Shown: piece by piece, positions 29,360 through 39,410 of the stretch
How the letters are laid out: every line of letters starts with the position of its first letter
How positions within the stretch are numbered: the first letter of the stretch is position 1
Virus record (IMG/VR): IMGVR_UViG_3300036716_001108
Length of the DNA: 64,000 nucleotides
DNA from: an uncultured virus (IMG/VR IMGVR_UViG_3300036716_001108)
Taxonomy: Duplodnaviria; Heunggongvirae; Uroviricota; Caudoviricetes
Direction: 5' to 3' (one strand)
Made by a program: the position numbers and the translations under genes
The notes under the pieces: generated by a model
Told to the model about the DNA's origin: nothing
The model's input: the letters and a program-made list of their open reading frames with translations, nothing else
Databases searched by the model: none

Positions 29360-29993
29360 TTATATCACCGTATAGTTTATTTTGTTCTTCTTGTTTCGAT
29401 ATAGTTTTGACATGATACAAACTCAATTCTTCATTTGGTGGTAGATGTGCATAGGTTTTACATCCATCTATTTGTTCGTGTACTTTTCTTCTCCACCTAA
29501 TATCTGGTGAATTTCTAAATACTCTTGATTGAAAATCGGGATAATTAATCCATCCTTGTTCTGTAGATTTCCATCCCCAATATTTCATATGTTCTTGTGT
29601 GATTCCTTCAACGATATTCACTCTCGGTATCCAAATCAAATCAACACCATCATTCATTTCTAAAACTTGTTTTATATCTCTTAATAATATTTCATGTGGA
29701 TATTCATCGGCATCTATATGGAATATATAATCACCATCTGAATTATCTATAATTGAATTTTTTTGTGATGCAAAATCACCATCAAGTTTTCTCTGATACA
29801 CTTTGATAGTTTTCATATCTTCGTGTCCATATTGTTGAACCCATGATTGAATTACAAATTGAGTTTCTTCATCTGAATAATCATCACATATAACTATCTC
29901 ATCTTCAGGATCAGTTTTGTGTATTAATATTTCTAATAACTTATTGAGTTCATCGGCCTCATTATGTACAGTTATTCCATAACTTATTTTCAT
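29349..29993 (-). CDS. Glycosyltransferase family 2
   Basis: DDYSD, HIDADE, YPDFQSRVF, VHEQI. Confidence 0.85.
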   Translation of the reverse strand: MKISYGITVHNEADELNKLLEILIHKTDPEDEIVICDDYSDEETQFVIQSWVQQYGHEDMKTIKVYQRKLDGDFASQKNSIIDNSDGDYIFHIDADEYPHEILLRDIKQVLEMNDGVDLIWIPRVNIVEGITQEHMKYWGWKSTEQGWINYPDFQSRVFRNSPDIRWRRKVHEQIDGCKTYAHLPPNEELSLYHVKTISKQEEQNKLYGDIIGI

Positions 29994-30475
29994 AATTCAA
30001 ATAACTTCTCGTATTGTTTCATTATCTCTTCACTAAATTTATCTACAGTATCTTTTGGTATTCTCAAATAATCCATTTCTAAATAAACTCTTCTCTTTCT
30101 ACATTCTCGTCTACTATATGTTCTAAAAAATTTATACCAAGGTCTTAATCTACCAGTCAATTTAATTGTTCCAGCCTTACTCAACCTATCTGGTAAATCT
30201 CCAGCAACTGCACCCTCTTCAAACTCTAATCCACCAACTCTTTTGAATAACATCTCTAACTTAGTCTCAGTAATTGGTCTTGTAATTTGTGTATCTAATT
30301 GAATACCAACTACAAATCTTTTAATTCTTTTTGTAGTTTTCTTTCTATATCTCATATCAGGATTAATTATCAATACAGTTCTCTTGTATAATTTATTTGA
30401 CCCCTCACTTTTATATCCAAAAGTTACAATCTGTCCTGGTTCAACTGCATGCCAAGCTGTATTTCTAAGAGCCAT
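29990..30475 (-). CDS. Basic hypothetical protein
   Basis: Coupled ORF. Confidence 0.55.
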   Translation of the reverse strand: MALRNTAWHAVEPGQIVTFGYKSEGSNKLYKRTVLIINPDMRYRKKTTKRIKRFVVGIQLDTQITRPITETKLEMLFKRVGGLEFEEGAVAGDLPDRLSKAGTIKLTGRLRPWYKFFRTYSRRECRKRRVYLEMDYLRIPKDTVDKFSEEIMKQYEKLFEL

Positions 30476-30920
30476 TACTTATATCCTTTACTATTCCCAT
30501 TTTTTGACAACACTCTAAGAATTCATATTGTCCAAATGTTTTTGAATTATCTACATCTAACATCTTATCATGTCCTTTATACTTTTCATCCTTTTGTTCT
30601 TCTTTCGTTAACTTACGAACTTGAGCTAATTTATAGTTCCAATTAGTTTGAGTTCCCTCTGGATATATCATACCCAACTCTCCCATATTAACTATAGATG
30701 GAAACCACATTATCTCTCTATCTTCATCATAAAAACAAACATCATTCATTAATTGTGTTGCTCCTAATTGTGCCGTTTTCAATTCATTACTTTCATATTT
30801 AAATGTAGTATTAGAATTATATCCACACCTAAAACACATAAAAGAACTAAATTCTTTTTGCATCTCTTCGAAACAATGGTCTGTATCAAAACATACTGGA
30901 CAATCTATTACCTTTTCCAT
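30465..30920 (-). CDS. Zinc-ribbon hypothetical protein
   Basis: CPVC..CFRCG. Confidence 0.6.
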   Translation of the reverse strand: MEKVIDCPVCFDTDHCFEEMQKEFSSFMCFRCGYNSNTTFKYESNELKTAQLGATQLMNDVCFYDEDREIMWFPSIVNMGELGMIYPEGTQTNWNYKLAQVRKLTKEEQKDEKYKGHDKMLDVDNSKTFGQYEFLECCQKMGIVKDISNGS

Positions 30921-30921
30921 A

Positions 30922-32274
30922 TTACTTTGTTACCTTCTTTAAAGCTGGTAATTTCAATTTACCCTTTACTGGTTCCCCTTTTACTGGAGTACCTTCAATC
31001 TTTTGTAATTTGGGTAATTTTAATTCAACTTGTTTTGGAACTGATTCTATCAATGGTGTTATTATTTTATCTAACTTTTCCTTCATCTTCTCATAACTAA
31101 ATAGTGATTTAGTATAAACTTGTAGTTGTTTAGACTTAACTAAATATTTAATATAGTTTTTCACAACATCTTTCATTATCTGTGAAGCATGTTGGTAATT
31201 AACTTGAAACCATTGTGAACCTTCAAAATATATTTCTTTAGGAAATGAGTTTTTAGGTACTTTAGCTAAACTACCACTCAATAGTACTGAATAATTTGGA
31301 TTCAAGAAATCTTGTTGTCCACTCCAACCTGGAGCAATAACAGGTTTTCCACTTTGAGCTGCCTCTAATAATGGTCTACCAAATCCCTCTCCGTGTGTGA
31401 AAGAAATATGAGCCTTAACCTTTGGATGATTATACATTTCATTCATTTCCTCATCTGTTAAATCTCCGTGTATTAAATATACTGGAGGTAATATTCCTTT
31501 AATATCTTTTTTAATAGTTTTTATTTTTGTTAAAATTTCTTCTCTATCTATAATTGAAAATGTAGCACCACTTGTTTTCAAAATAAGTCCTGGTGGTTTC
31601 TTTTGATTCTTGAATGTCTCACAAAAAACTTTAACCATCATACCTAAATCTTTTCTATCTTCTCCAAGATTTCCACTCAACCAATGTCCTGTTGATAAAA
31701 AATTCCAATCATTATCAATGGAATCAAATGTTTCTTTAACCACCTCATTTATTTCATTCGTTGGTCTATAAACATTAGTATCAACTCCTTCAAATAAAGT
31801 TTCCATTGGTTTAGTTACTTTAAGAAGTGAGCCTTTATTTCCTTGTTTATCTTGAGATTCAAATTCTGCTTGATCAAATCCTTGTTTAGAAAATTCTGAA
31901 GTAAGGATATTTAAATCCATTCTATTCATACCTTCAATCCACTTTGGGGGCGGTATAGTTGTTTCAATACCCGCAGTCATACCAATATTCTTTTTACCTA
32001 ATGGTTGAAATTCATTTGGTACTACAATATGAATATGTAATTCTGGTTGTTTTGGTAAACTTGGTTCAGTTAACATACACTCTTTTATTTTATCATGTAT
32101 TGGATTACCATCTTCTAATGCATTCATTGGTGTATTCCCCCAACGAACTGGATTTACCTTAACTTCGTATTTATCTAAATCAAGTAAAGCACTGACAATA
32201 TCTCGTGAATGATTTCCATACCCACTTCTTGTAGTTATTGGTGCTGTTACTAATACTAATGGCTTATCACTCAT
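30922..32274 (-). CDS. Glycosyltransferase family 4 (GT-B)
   Basis: SGYGNHSR, RKDLG, GEGFGRPLLEAAQSGKPVIA. Confidence 0.88.
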   Translation of the reverse strand: MSDKPLVLVTAPITTRSGYGNHSRDIVSALLDLDKYEVKVNPVRWGNTPMNALEDGNPIHDKIKECMLTEPSLPKQPELHIHIVVPNEFQPLGKKNIGMTAGIETTIPPPKWIEGMNRMDLNILTSEFSKQGFDQAEFESQDKQGNKGSLLKVTKPMETLFEGVDTNVYRPTNEINEVVKETFDSIDNDWNFLSTGHWLSGNLGEDRKDLGMMVKVFCETFKNQKKPPGLILKTSGATFSIIDREEILTKIKTIKKDIKGILPPVYLIHGDLTDEEMNEMYNHPKVKAHISFTHGEGFGRPLLEAAQSGKPVIAPGWSGQQDFLNPNYSVLLSGSLAKVPKNSFPKEIYFEGSQWFQVNYQHASQIMKDVVKNYIKYLVKSKQLQVYTKSLFSYEKMKEKLDKIITPLIESVPKQVELKLPKLQKIEGTPVKGEPVKGKLKLPALKKVTK

Positions 32275-32474
32275 TTATTCCTTCTCCGTTTCTGAATCAT
32301 CTCTTTGGTTATCTCATGATATGGAACTTCATAAATACCTTCCATCATTCTTTTATGTTTATCTCTATTGAGCATCGCAAGATATGAGTTTGTAGGTTTC
32401 TTCCTACGATTACTTAATTTACTTCGTAAAAGTTTTTTAAATTTTTTCTTAGTATTACTTTTCGTTATTCGCAC
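32271..32474 (-). CDS. Small basic protein
   Basis: K/R-rich ORF. Confidence 0.45.
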   Translation of the reverse strand: MRITKSNTKKKFKKLLRSKLSNRRKKPTNSYLAMLNRDKHKRMMEGIYEVPYHEITKEMIQKRRRNK

Positions 32475-32477
32475 TTG

Positions 32478-32660
32478 TTACTCCCAAATTCTAGCTAATC
32501 TACGAATGAAACCAAGTGTGGCTCCGAATCCAAATGCTATTGCGGCTACTTGGAAATTTTCCATATATAGTGCCATAGCAGATAACATATATGTAGCAAA
32601 TCTTGCTACACCATATAGTGAAAAATTACCACTTGCTTCTACAAATTGTTGTCTTGTCAT
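32478..32660 (-). CDS. Small membrane protein
   Basis: Two hydrophobic segments; GAGG RBS. Confidence 0.55.
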   Translation of the reverse strand: MTRQQFVEASGNFSLYGVARFATYMLSAMALYMENFQVAAIAFGFGATLGFIRRLARIWE

Positions 32661-32839
32661 TATTTACCTCTTTTTTTAGGGAATGCTGGTGATAAAAGTT
32701 TTTTAAATCCTCTTGAAACTCTTGTCCAAAATTGATCTTCTTTACCTCTAAAATTACCGATAATATTACCATCTTTGGTTCTTTTTACAGTAGTTGTTAG
32801 TGATTTTCTTGTTTTTGTTTTTGTTGTTTTTTTCGGCAT
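32660..32839 (-). CDS. Small basic protein (59 aa)
   Basis: Manual translation MPKKTTKTKTRKSL..FPKKRGK; AGGAG RBS. Confidence 0.55.
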   Translation of the reverse strand: MPKKTTKTKTRKSLTTTVKRTKDGNIIGNFRGKEDQFWTRVSRGFKKLLSPAFPKKRGK

Positions 32840-32849
32840 TTTATTTCTC

Positions 32850-34283
32850 CTATACCTTGTATGTATTTACTCTTTTTCTTGGTGTCCAGTTTTTCCATGC
32901 TGTTTCCATGTGGTCTATGAAATTCTTACTCATCCAACGAACACTCTGCATTGAATCATCACTCTTTACAAAATAATGTCCTTTAGTACCACATCTTTTT
33001 CTTGGGTCTTTACCCATTTCATACCATTCTTTTATAGCATTTCCTGCATCTACCCAATCACATCTATCATCAAAGATATATGGTGTTGGTACTGAACCCA
33101 TTAGTGAACGAGTCTTTGGCCATACTGGCTTCACCCATTCTCCCCAAGTTAATTCTTCATTGTGTTCCCACTTTCTCCAATCGTGTAGTGATTTAATTTC
33201 TTTATAATCTTCAGCAGTTAGAAACTTATCCTTTACTTTAAATCCACATTGGTCTTGCATCCCTCCTGTAACATTTACTACAATTGGTGTTCCACACATT
33301 AATGATTCACAAGTACCTAATCCAAATCCTTCATTGGATGCAAGATTCATTGTTACATCTGATATATTATATAAAAAATTCATTTGTTTATTATCAAGTT
33401 TTTGGTGCGAAAATACCACTTGACATTCTGGAGCTAAAGCCTCAACAAGTGCTGGAATATCTGTTCCATTATCATCAACTGGTTGAGTATGCATTACATA
33501 AGCAACTCTACTTTGTTTCTCTTTTGGTAAAGTATTTACAAATTCTTTAAATGCCAAAATAGAATCACCAACCATCTTTCTTCGTATATTCCTATTCACA
33601 TATAATAAAATAAAATCAATTGGTCTATTACCTACTAATTCCTGTTTAAACTTTTTCATTTCTAACAATTCTTTGTTATCTGTAATGGGATAAAAAATTT
33701 CTTCATTAGCCCCATGTGGTGAATAAGTGGAATCCCAATCTGTTCGTGGTTTTCTTGTACAAACATCATTTACAATAGCAACAGTTTGTTTTGAAATATT
33801 CATAATCAAATCAGAACTCTCATAATAATTTTGATTATATTTTGGAGCTGGCCAATCATCCCAAATGTTATAATAAAAAATAGGAATATTTTGTCTAATT
33901 TCGTGTTCCATTTGATATAACCATTGCCAAAATCTTGGGTCTGTATAGTGTAGGATTGCATCAGGTTTTTCTGTTTTGATTAAATGTCGAATCATATCAG
34001 GATTACCATATCCACTTGTTGGGAATATTTTTAATGATGCATCATAAATTCCTGTTTCTTCTCTAATTGATTCATTCAAATCAAATACTTTACCTTCTTC
34101 AGGATGTTTGATTGCTCCACCAACTTGTACCCAATCGTATTTATCAATTGTTGAGAGGACAAATTCTCTTGACATTGTACCAACACCACTTGACATACGA
34201 AGGTCATCTGATAGTAATAAAATCTTTTTCTTTTTTCTTGATTTTTTTACTGATTTTAATTTAGGTAATTTTAATTTTGACAT
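32850..34283 (-). CDS. Glycosyltransferase family 4 (GT-B)
   Basis: SGVG, NRNIRRK, NEGFGLGTCESLMCGTP. Confidence 0.88.
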   Translation of the reverse strand: MSKLKLPKLKSVKKSRKKKKILLLSDDLRMSSGVGTMSREFVLSTIDKYDWVQVGGAIKHPEEGKVFDLNESIREETGIYDASLKIFPTSGYGNPDMIRHLIKTEKPDAILHYTDPRFWQWLYQMEHEIRQNIPIFYYNIWDDWPAPKYNQNYYESSDLIMNISKQTVAIVNDVCTRKPRTDWDSTYSPHGANEEIFYPITDNKELLEMKKFKQELVGNRPIDFILLYVNRNIRRKMVGDSILAFKEFVNTLPKEKQSRVAYVMHTQPVDDNGTDIPALVEALAPECQVVFSHQKLDNKQMNFLYNISDVTMNLASNEGFGLGTCESLMCGTPIVVNVTGGMQDQCGFKVKDKFLTAEDYKEIKSLHDWRKWEHNEELTWGEWVKPVWPKTRSLMGSVPTPYIFDDRCDWVDAGNAIKEWYEMGKDPRKRCGTKGHYFVKSDDSMQSVRWMSKNFIDHMETAWKNWTPRKRVNTYKV

Positions 34284-34305
34284 TTATAACCTTTATTGTT
34301 TTTAT

Positions 34306-34500
34306 TTAAAATTTACTTCCGCTTTGATGAAGATTATCGTGTTCGAGAATTTTCTTTCTCAACTCCTCATCATAAACAAATAAATCAAGAGTCCTATTCA
34401 CTAATTTTTGTAATGAAAATTCACTCTCAATTGTTTCGTTTTTAAATTTCTTGTATAACTCCGATATAACTTTAACCGAAGTCAGTTTTATTTCACTCAT
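34306..34500 (-). CDS. Ribbon-helix-helix-like DNA-binding protein
   Basis: LTSVKV strand followed by two amphipathic helices. Confidence 0.55.
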   Translation of the reverse strand: MSEIKLTSVKVISELYKKFKNETIESEFSLQKLVNRTLDLFVYDEELRKKILEHDNLHQSGSKF

Positions 34501-34541
34501 AACTTTTCCTCATGATTGTATATATATATATAAATATATAC

Positions 34542-34949
34542 TTAATCAATAATAATGTACTTTTTTAATAACTTTTTTGCGTGTCCAATTGTATCCATTG
34601 TTCCTTTAGAGACAACTCCATTGGGTATAAATGCTACAACTTTATCACTATATTCTGCTATTTCTTTATTTCTTTTAAAGTAATTCCATACTGCATATGG
34701 TTTACCATAATTGAAACTCTCTTTAACACAATGTATATTGTGTGTATAATGTTGTGGTGGAAATTCTACATATTTCATATCAAACTCTAATGCATATTTC
34801 TTAGCCAATCCATCAGCTCCATCCTTTTGGCCACCACTAACTATTTCTAATTCATCTCCAAACTTTTCTTTAAGTTTAAAAATAAAATCTTTTATCTTCT
34901 TTGTATTTGTATAACCGCGACTACCGACTATTGCTATTTTAATAATCAT
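34542..34949 (-). CDS. SLOG-superfamily protein (YspA/DUF2493/DprA-like)
   Basis: IAIVGSR, IVSGG..GADGLA, RNKEIAEYSD, SKGT; start re-assigned to MIIKIA. Confidence 0.78.
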   Translation of the reverse strand: MIIKIAIVGSRGYTNTKKIKDFIFKLKEKFGDELEIVSGGQKDGADGLAKKYALEFDMKYVEFPPQHYTHNIHCVKESFNYGKPYAVWNYFKRNKEIAEYSDKVVAFIPNGVVSKGTMDTIGHAKKLLKKYIIID

Positions 34950-35376
34950 TCCTCTTTTGTTTCCGTTTTGGTGGTTTTTCTGATACTGTGAAATCCCATG
35001 TTGCTTTAAAATTTTCCAATCCTTCGAGTACACCATCCACCCCATTTGTGTATCTAAACGCAAATCTTGTATACTGTGCCGAGTTGGCAATCGCTATTTG
35101 TTTTGGTATAACATCATACCAAATAAAATCTCTAAACATATCAAAATAGTGTGGGCGAACTATAGTTTTAAAATTATTATGTGGTATTCTATCCCACTTC
35201 TTAACAAACCCAGCCACATCAACTTTATCTCTCGTTTGGTCGAACCAAAAATATAATTTCATATTATTAACTTCATTACCATATTCGGTTATTTTTTCTA
35301 TAACCTCATCTTCTTTATCTGTACCTATAAAATCTGTTAAATACACTCTTAATGTTGGATTAATCATACTACTCAT
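34939..35376 (-). CDS. Hypothetical protein
   Basis: Coupled ORF. Confidence 0.55.
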   Translation of the reverse strand: MSSMINPTLRVYLTDFIGTDKEDEVIEKITEYGNEVNNMKLYFWFDQTRDKVDVAGFVKKWDRIPHNNFKTIVRPHYFDMFRDFIWYDVIPKQIAIANSAQYTRFAFRYTNGVDGVLEGLENFKATWDFTVSEKPPKRKQKRNDY

Positions 35377-36239
35377 GTCATTTTCCTATCACATAAATCT
35401 GGTTTAGTTTTAAAGTCGCACCATTTACAATTTTTTGTTGATGGGTTTTTACGATATTCTTTTATTGATTGATTTCCCTTTTCATTAAAACCATCACTAA
35501 TAAACTCATCTAATCTTGTTATAACTTTATTGATACTTGGTTTACCACTTGCTGGTGAAAAAACCTGTATTCTCTTTTGTGGAAAATCCATATTCTCATA
35601 TAATTTTCTCTTCAGTATTAAATATTCAATATCTATTTTATCGATAGGAATTTCATTCTGTTTAGAAAAGAATTGTTTATATAATAATAACTGATTGGTT
35701 TTATTCTTATCCATCTTCTGATACTTATTCCAACCAAAAGTGGCAGTTTTAATATCAATAATCTTTATACGGCCTGTTACCTTATTGTGTATAACCACAT
35801 CCATATACCCATTAAAATTCATATTGTTGGGTAAATCATACTCTACACTCATTTCAACCCCAACTAACTCGGTATTCTTCTTTGGAAAATAACCACTCTT
35901 TCGTTTCTTAAATTCATTTATCATATAAACACCATCTTGATAAAACTCTTTCATATCTTGTAGTGTTATTGATAACTCAACCTCTGACTTCTCTTTAGCA
36001 GTTTTATAATTTTCTTCCATACGATATTTTAAAATATCTTCTAATGGTAGTGCATCTGCTTCTTTGATAGTTCGTCCATAATAACAAATTAAATAAGCTT
36101 GAATCACTTCATGTACCGAAGTACCGAAGATAGTATAGATATTATCAGTAAATGTACCGAGTTTATCTATATAATTGAGTTTCCACATATGAGGGCATTT
36201 ATCCCATTGTGAAAATTGACTATAACTAACTCTACCCAT
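35373..36239 (-). CDS. PD-(D/E)XK Cas4/RecB-like exonuclease
   Basis: SYSQ..CP, GTSVHE, GYMD..IIDIKT, QLLLY, CKWCDF..C. Confidence 0.85.
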   Translation of the reverse strand: MGRVSYSQFSQWDKCPHMWKLNYIDKLGTFTDNIYTIFGTSVHEVIQAYLICYYGRTIKEADALPLEDILKYRMEENYKTAKEKSEVELSITLQDMKEFYQDGVYMINEFKKRKSGYFPKKNTELVGVEMSVEYDLPNNMNFNGYMDVVIHNKVTGRIKIIDIKTATFGWNKYQKMDKNKTNQLLLYKQFFSKQNEIPIDKIDIEYLILKRKLYENMDFPQKRIQVFSPASGKPSINKVITRLDEFISDGFNEKGNQSIKEYRKNPSTKNCKWCDFKTKPDLCDRKMT

Positions 36240-37107
36240 CTACTACGGCTCTACCTTTCATATCTTCCCAATCTCTATTCTTTCTTACTTTATCATTTGT
36301 GTCTATAACTGCCTCTAATACTTCTGGTACAATACCAAATTCGTGTGCTACACATATTAGTGCATTTAAATCTTTTGGTAAACAATGTCCACCAAATCCA
36401 AAATCGTTATCAGGTCCTGGAACTGCCCAATGTGATTTACCAAGTCTTTCATCGTATGTTGCATACTCTACAATCTTGTCAAAATCTATATCTATCTTAT
36501 CACATATTTGTTTCATCTCATTTGCGAATGATATCTTAGTTCCGAGAAATGAATTGATAAAATACTTAACCATTTCTGCAGTCTTACTACCAGTCTTAAC
36601 AATGGTGGCGTGTGGAAATACTTTACTATAAACTTGTCGTAAAACATTAGTTCCTTTTCGTGTTCCACCTAATATAATTCTTGTTTGATTCTTAAAGTCC
36701 TCAAGAAAGTTGGCCTCGGTAAGAAACTCTGGATTGAATATAACATCAAGACCTCTACTCTTACTATGTAATCTATCTGTAGTTCCTGGTGGAACTGTAG
36801 ATTTAATGACTACTATTGGTTTTATATGATATGGGTATGATTCAGTTTCTAAAACTATTTCATTTATCTCTGACACAACTTCTTCCACTATATCTGTATG
36901 ACAACTTCCATCTTTATTCATAGGTGTAGGCACACACACGAACATAACATCACACTCCATAACTAAATCTCTTAGACTTTCACAAGTACTTTTATCTGTA
37001 TCATACTTATCATATGTCTCTAATTCATAATGTTTTTCAAAACCACTTTTAATTGCAGTTCCCACATAACCAAGTCCTACAATACCTATACTATGTTTTC
37101 TATTCAT
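36232..37107 (-). CDS. ugd: UDP-glucose/GDP-mannose dehydrogenase (short, no C-terminal domain)
   Basis: GLGYVG, CVPTP, KSTVPPG, NPEFL, GFGGHCLPKD. Confidence 0.88.
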   Translation of the reverse strand: MNRKHSIGIVGLGYVGTAIKSGFEKHYELETYDKYDTDKSTCESLRDLVMECDVMFVCVPTPMNKDGSCHTDIVEEVVSEINEIVLETESYPYHIKPIVVIKSTVPPGTTDRLHSKSRGLDVIFNPEFLTEANFLEDFKNQTRIILGGTRKGTNVLRQVYSKVFPHATIVKTGSKTAEMVKYFINSFLGTKISFANEMKQICDKIDIDFDKIVEYATYDERLGKSHWAVPGPDNDFGFGGHCLPKDLNALICVAHEFGIVPEVLEAVIDTNDKVRKNRDWEDMKGRAVVDG

Positions 37108-37366
37108 CTTGTAATTTTAATACTCTTTCCAACTCACATTGTAAATGGTTTGTTCCAGCACCAATATAGTCATACTCAACTTCATGTGTATGTTTACCAC
37201 ACCACTCACAAGTCCAATATTCTAAATAAGCTTTTTCGTCTTGTGTTGGTATGAATAATTCACGAATCTCTTTACCCAATTCCATATCATTTGGGTACTT
37301 ATCTACAAGTTTTTTTACTTCTCGTATGTTCAAGAGTTCAATGCGTCTTATATTTACTTCCCCCAT
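37100..37366 (-). CDS. Hypothetical protein with zinc-binding motif
   Basis: KYPNDMELGKEIR; CEWC..HLQC. Confidence 0.5.
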   Translation of the reverse strand: MGEVNIRRIELLNIREVKKLVDKYPNDMELGKEIRELFIPTQDEKAYLEYWTCEWCGKHTHEVEYDYIGAGTNHLQCELERVLKLQDE

Positions 37367-37734
37367 TTGTCTCTTCCCACTATAGTTGCCATAATCCCAT
37401 AATTGGATACATCCAAATATGCATCTTCTACAGTTTCACCTTCTACTGCATTTTTTTTACCACTCATCAATAGATTCTTTAATCTCTGAATCTTATCATT
37501 CATTCTAAACCATAATCCTGTTAATGATAGATGAACTTCATCTGGTGTTTGTAATTGTGTTCCAACACTAATATTACCTGGCCCGTAATCGTGTTGCTTA
37601 TGTAAGAACAATTCATATTGTTCTCTTTGAATACTTTTGAACTCTCGTGTCATCTCTGGCCACTCTCGTTCCATTTGTTCAATAACAGTTTCTTCTTCTA
37701 TTCCAGATTTGCTATCTTTAATAACCTTTACCAT
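37354..37734 (-). CDS. DUF1599 / nucleotide-modification-associated domain 1 protein
   Basis: KQHDYG, RMNDKIQRL, EDAYLDVSNYGI. Confidence 0.8.
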   Translation of the reverse strand: MVKVIKDSKSGIEEETVIEQMEREWPEMTREFKSIQREQYELFLHKQHDYGPGNISVGTQLQTPDEVHLSLTGLWFRMNDKIQRLKNLLMSGKKNAVEGETVEDAYLDVSNYGIMATIVGRDKWGK

Positions 37735-37759
37735 ATTTTACTCCTATTTTACATACTTG

Positions 37760-37789
37760 AATATACAACACAAAACCTATATAAGTCAA
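37760..37789 (-). promoter_or_regulatory. Phage promoter TTGACT-N18-TATATT
   Basis: Repeated motif. Confidence 0.8.
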
Positions 37790-38373
37790 GCTATTTTATC
37801 AATTATTCCATACTCTAAACACATTTGTGCGGTTAGATATGTATCATTTCTTTGAATCTTTTTCCAAAAGGATGCATCTTTATTTGATACTTCTCCTAAA
37901 ATCAAATTTATATTTTTCTGTAAATCTTTTAGATGGTCAACACCTTTCATCACATCTGTAGTTTTACCTGCCTCAAATGCTGAACCCTCGTGTACCATAA
38001 CGGTTGAGTTCTTACTCATTGACCTTACTCCTGTACCACAAGCTAACAATACCGAAGCGGCACTCATACAAGTTCCAATACAATGTGTGTTTACTTTAAC
38101 TGGTAAACTTCTTATGAAATCAACCAACCCCAACATTGCATAAACATCACCACCATATGAAGTAATATTCATATTTATATCTCTACTTGGATTACTTCTT
38201 AATAAATAATCTAACTTGATTTGTACTGAATATACACTATCAATTTCAAACTCGTGGTTCATCCAAGTAGTATTGGTATCTGAATTAACACCCCACTCTA
38301 TTTCTTTCATATAAAATGCTTGTTCTTTTTTATAGTCCATAATATCTATTTGTTTTTCCATTACTTGCTCCAT
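37786..38373 (-). CDS. clpP: ClpP-family serine protease subunit
   Basis: ITSYGGDV, CMSAAS (Ser), MVHE (His), RNDTY (Asp), YGIIDKI. Confidence 0.88.
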   Translation of the reverse strand: MEQVMEKQIDIMDYKKEQAFYMKEIEWGVNSDTNTTWMNHEFEIDSVYSVQIKLDYLLRSNPSRDINMNITSYGGDVYAMLGLVDFIRSLPVKVNTHCIGTCMSAASVLLACGTGVRSMSKNSTVMVHEGSAFEAGKTTDVMKGVDHLKDLQKNINLILGEVSNKDASFWKKIQRNDTYLTAQMCLEYGIIDKIA

Positions 38374-38789
38374 ATTTTTTTCAATTCCTTATCAGTTACA
38401 CCATATTTCATTATGATGGCTGTAACTTGTTCATTGGTTAATATCTCTAAGTACTGTTCTACTTCTCTTGTACTACATTGAAAGTAATCCACTAAGTGTT
38501 CCATTGCCCACTTCTCAACTTTAGATTTCTTCTTTGATTTCGTGTACTTCAAGAAAGTTCTACCTCTTGGTAATACATCTATATAAAACTGATAAAGATT
38601 CTTTGGTTTTATTTCCCAATATTTTTGAATCTCATTTACAACTTGTATCCACTCTGATTTCATACTAAGAAATCTATGAACCATATAGTTGCTCCAAGTT
38701 TTCTTATCACCCTCTTCAAGTGAATCCCAATACAAAGTGTTTTGTACATTTGTTATTTGTTTTATGTGGTCGAATAATGATTTAGACAT
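38361..38789 (-). CDS. Clamp-loader small subunit (gp62-like)
   Basis: LFDHIKQI, YMVHRFLSM, VNEIQ, FLKY. Confidence 0.75.
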   Translation of the reverse strand: MSKSLFDHIKQITNVQNTLYWDSLEEGDKKTWSNYMVHRFLSMKSEWIQVVNEIQKYWEIKPKNLYQFYIDVLPRGRTFLKYTKSKKKSKVEKWAMEHLVDYFQCSTREVEQYLEILTNEQVTAIIMKYGVTDKELKKIWSK

Positions 38790-38840
38790 AATAACCTTTT
38801 GATATATATAAATAGTTTAAAATAAATTGAAACTGTGTGT

Positions 38841-39410
38841 TTATTTCCAAGTATCACCATTCATCCATGTAATTAGTGAATATCGTATTCCATTTGTAAT
38901 TGGTGTTATTCTATGTGATAGAAATGCAGGAAATATAATTATACTACCTCGTGTTCTTGTAGCGGTATAATTACTTTCTCCAATTTCATTAGTAATTCCA
39001 AATTCTAAATCTCCACCCTCATAGTTTTTCTCATCACTCAACTGAATGATTGCGGATAATTTTCGTGTAGAAATTTCTTTTGCTCCACAATCAGTATGCC
39101 ATTTATATCTACCACCTTGTGTATATTTTAATAACTTAACTTCTTCCATTTCTTTAATATCATAATTGTATGTAGAAACATTTGCCAATTCAAAAACCAT
39201 TTTTAATTTATTAGTTAATTTTTCATCATCAAGTACAAGTTCTCTTGTATTACGAACTTCTTTATTAAGTAAATTTTTATCATAAGTTCCAGCAAGTTCT
39301 GAATCTTTTGATTCTTTACTTTCAAAATATTCAATTAACTCTATACATTGACTTTCTGATAGAAAATTATCTCTATGGATAACAAACTGAAATTTATCAT
39401 TAGTAATCAT
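38841..39410 (-). CDS. 2OG-Fe(II) oxygenase (PKHD/P4H-like)
   Basis: WHTD, RKLS, YEGGDL, FPAFLSHRITP..GIRYSL. Confidence 0.92.
   Translation of the reverse strand: MITNDKFQFVIHRDNFLSESQCIELIEYFESKESKDSELAGTYDKNLLNKEVRNTRELVLDDEKLTNKLKMVFELANVSTYNYDIKEMEEVKLLKYTQGGRYKWHTDCGAKEISTRKLSAIIQLSDEKNYEGGDLEFGITNEIGESNYTATRTRGSIIIFPAFLSHRITPITNGIRYSLITWMNGDTWK

Noticed and set aside
34950..35090. N-terminal extension of the SLOG ORF
   Set aside because: Overlaps the upstream gene in another frame; the domain starts at MIIKIAIVGSR
35373..36239. Cas4-like protein as evidence of CRISPR-Cas
   Set aside because: Stand-alone Cas4-like exonucleases are common in phages; no array or other cas genes seen
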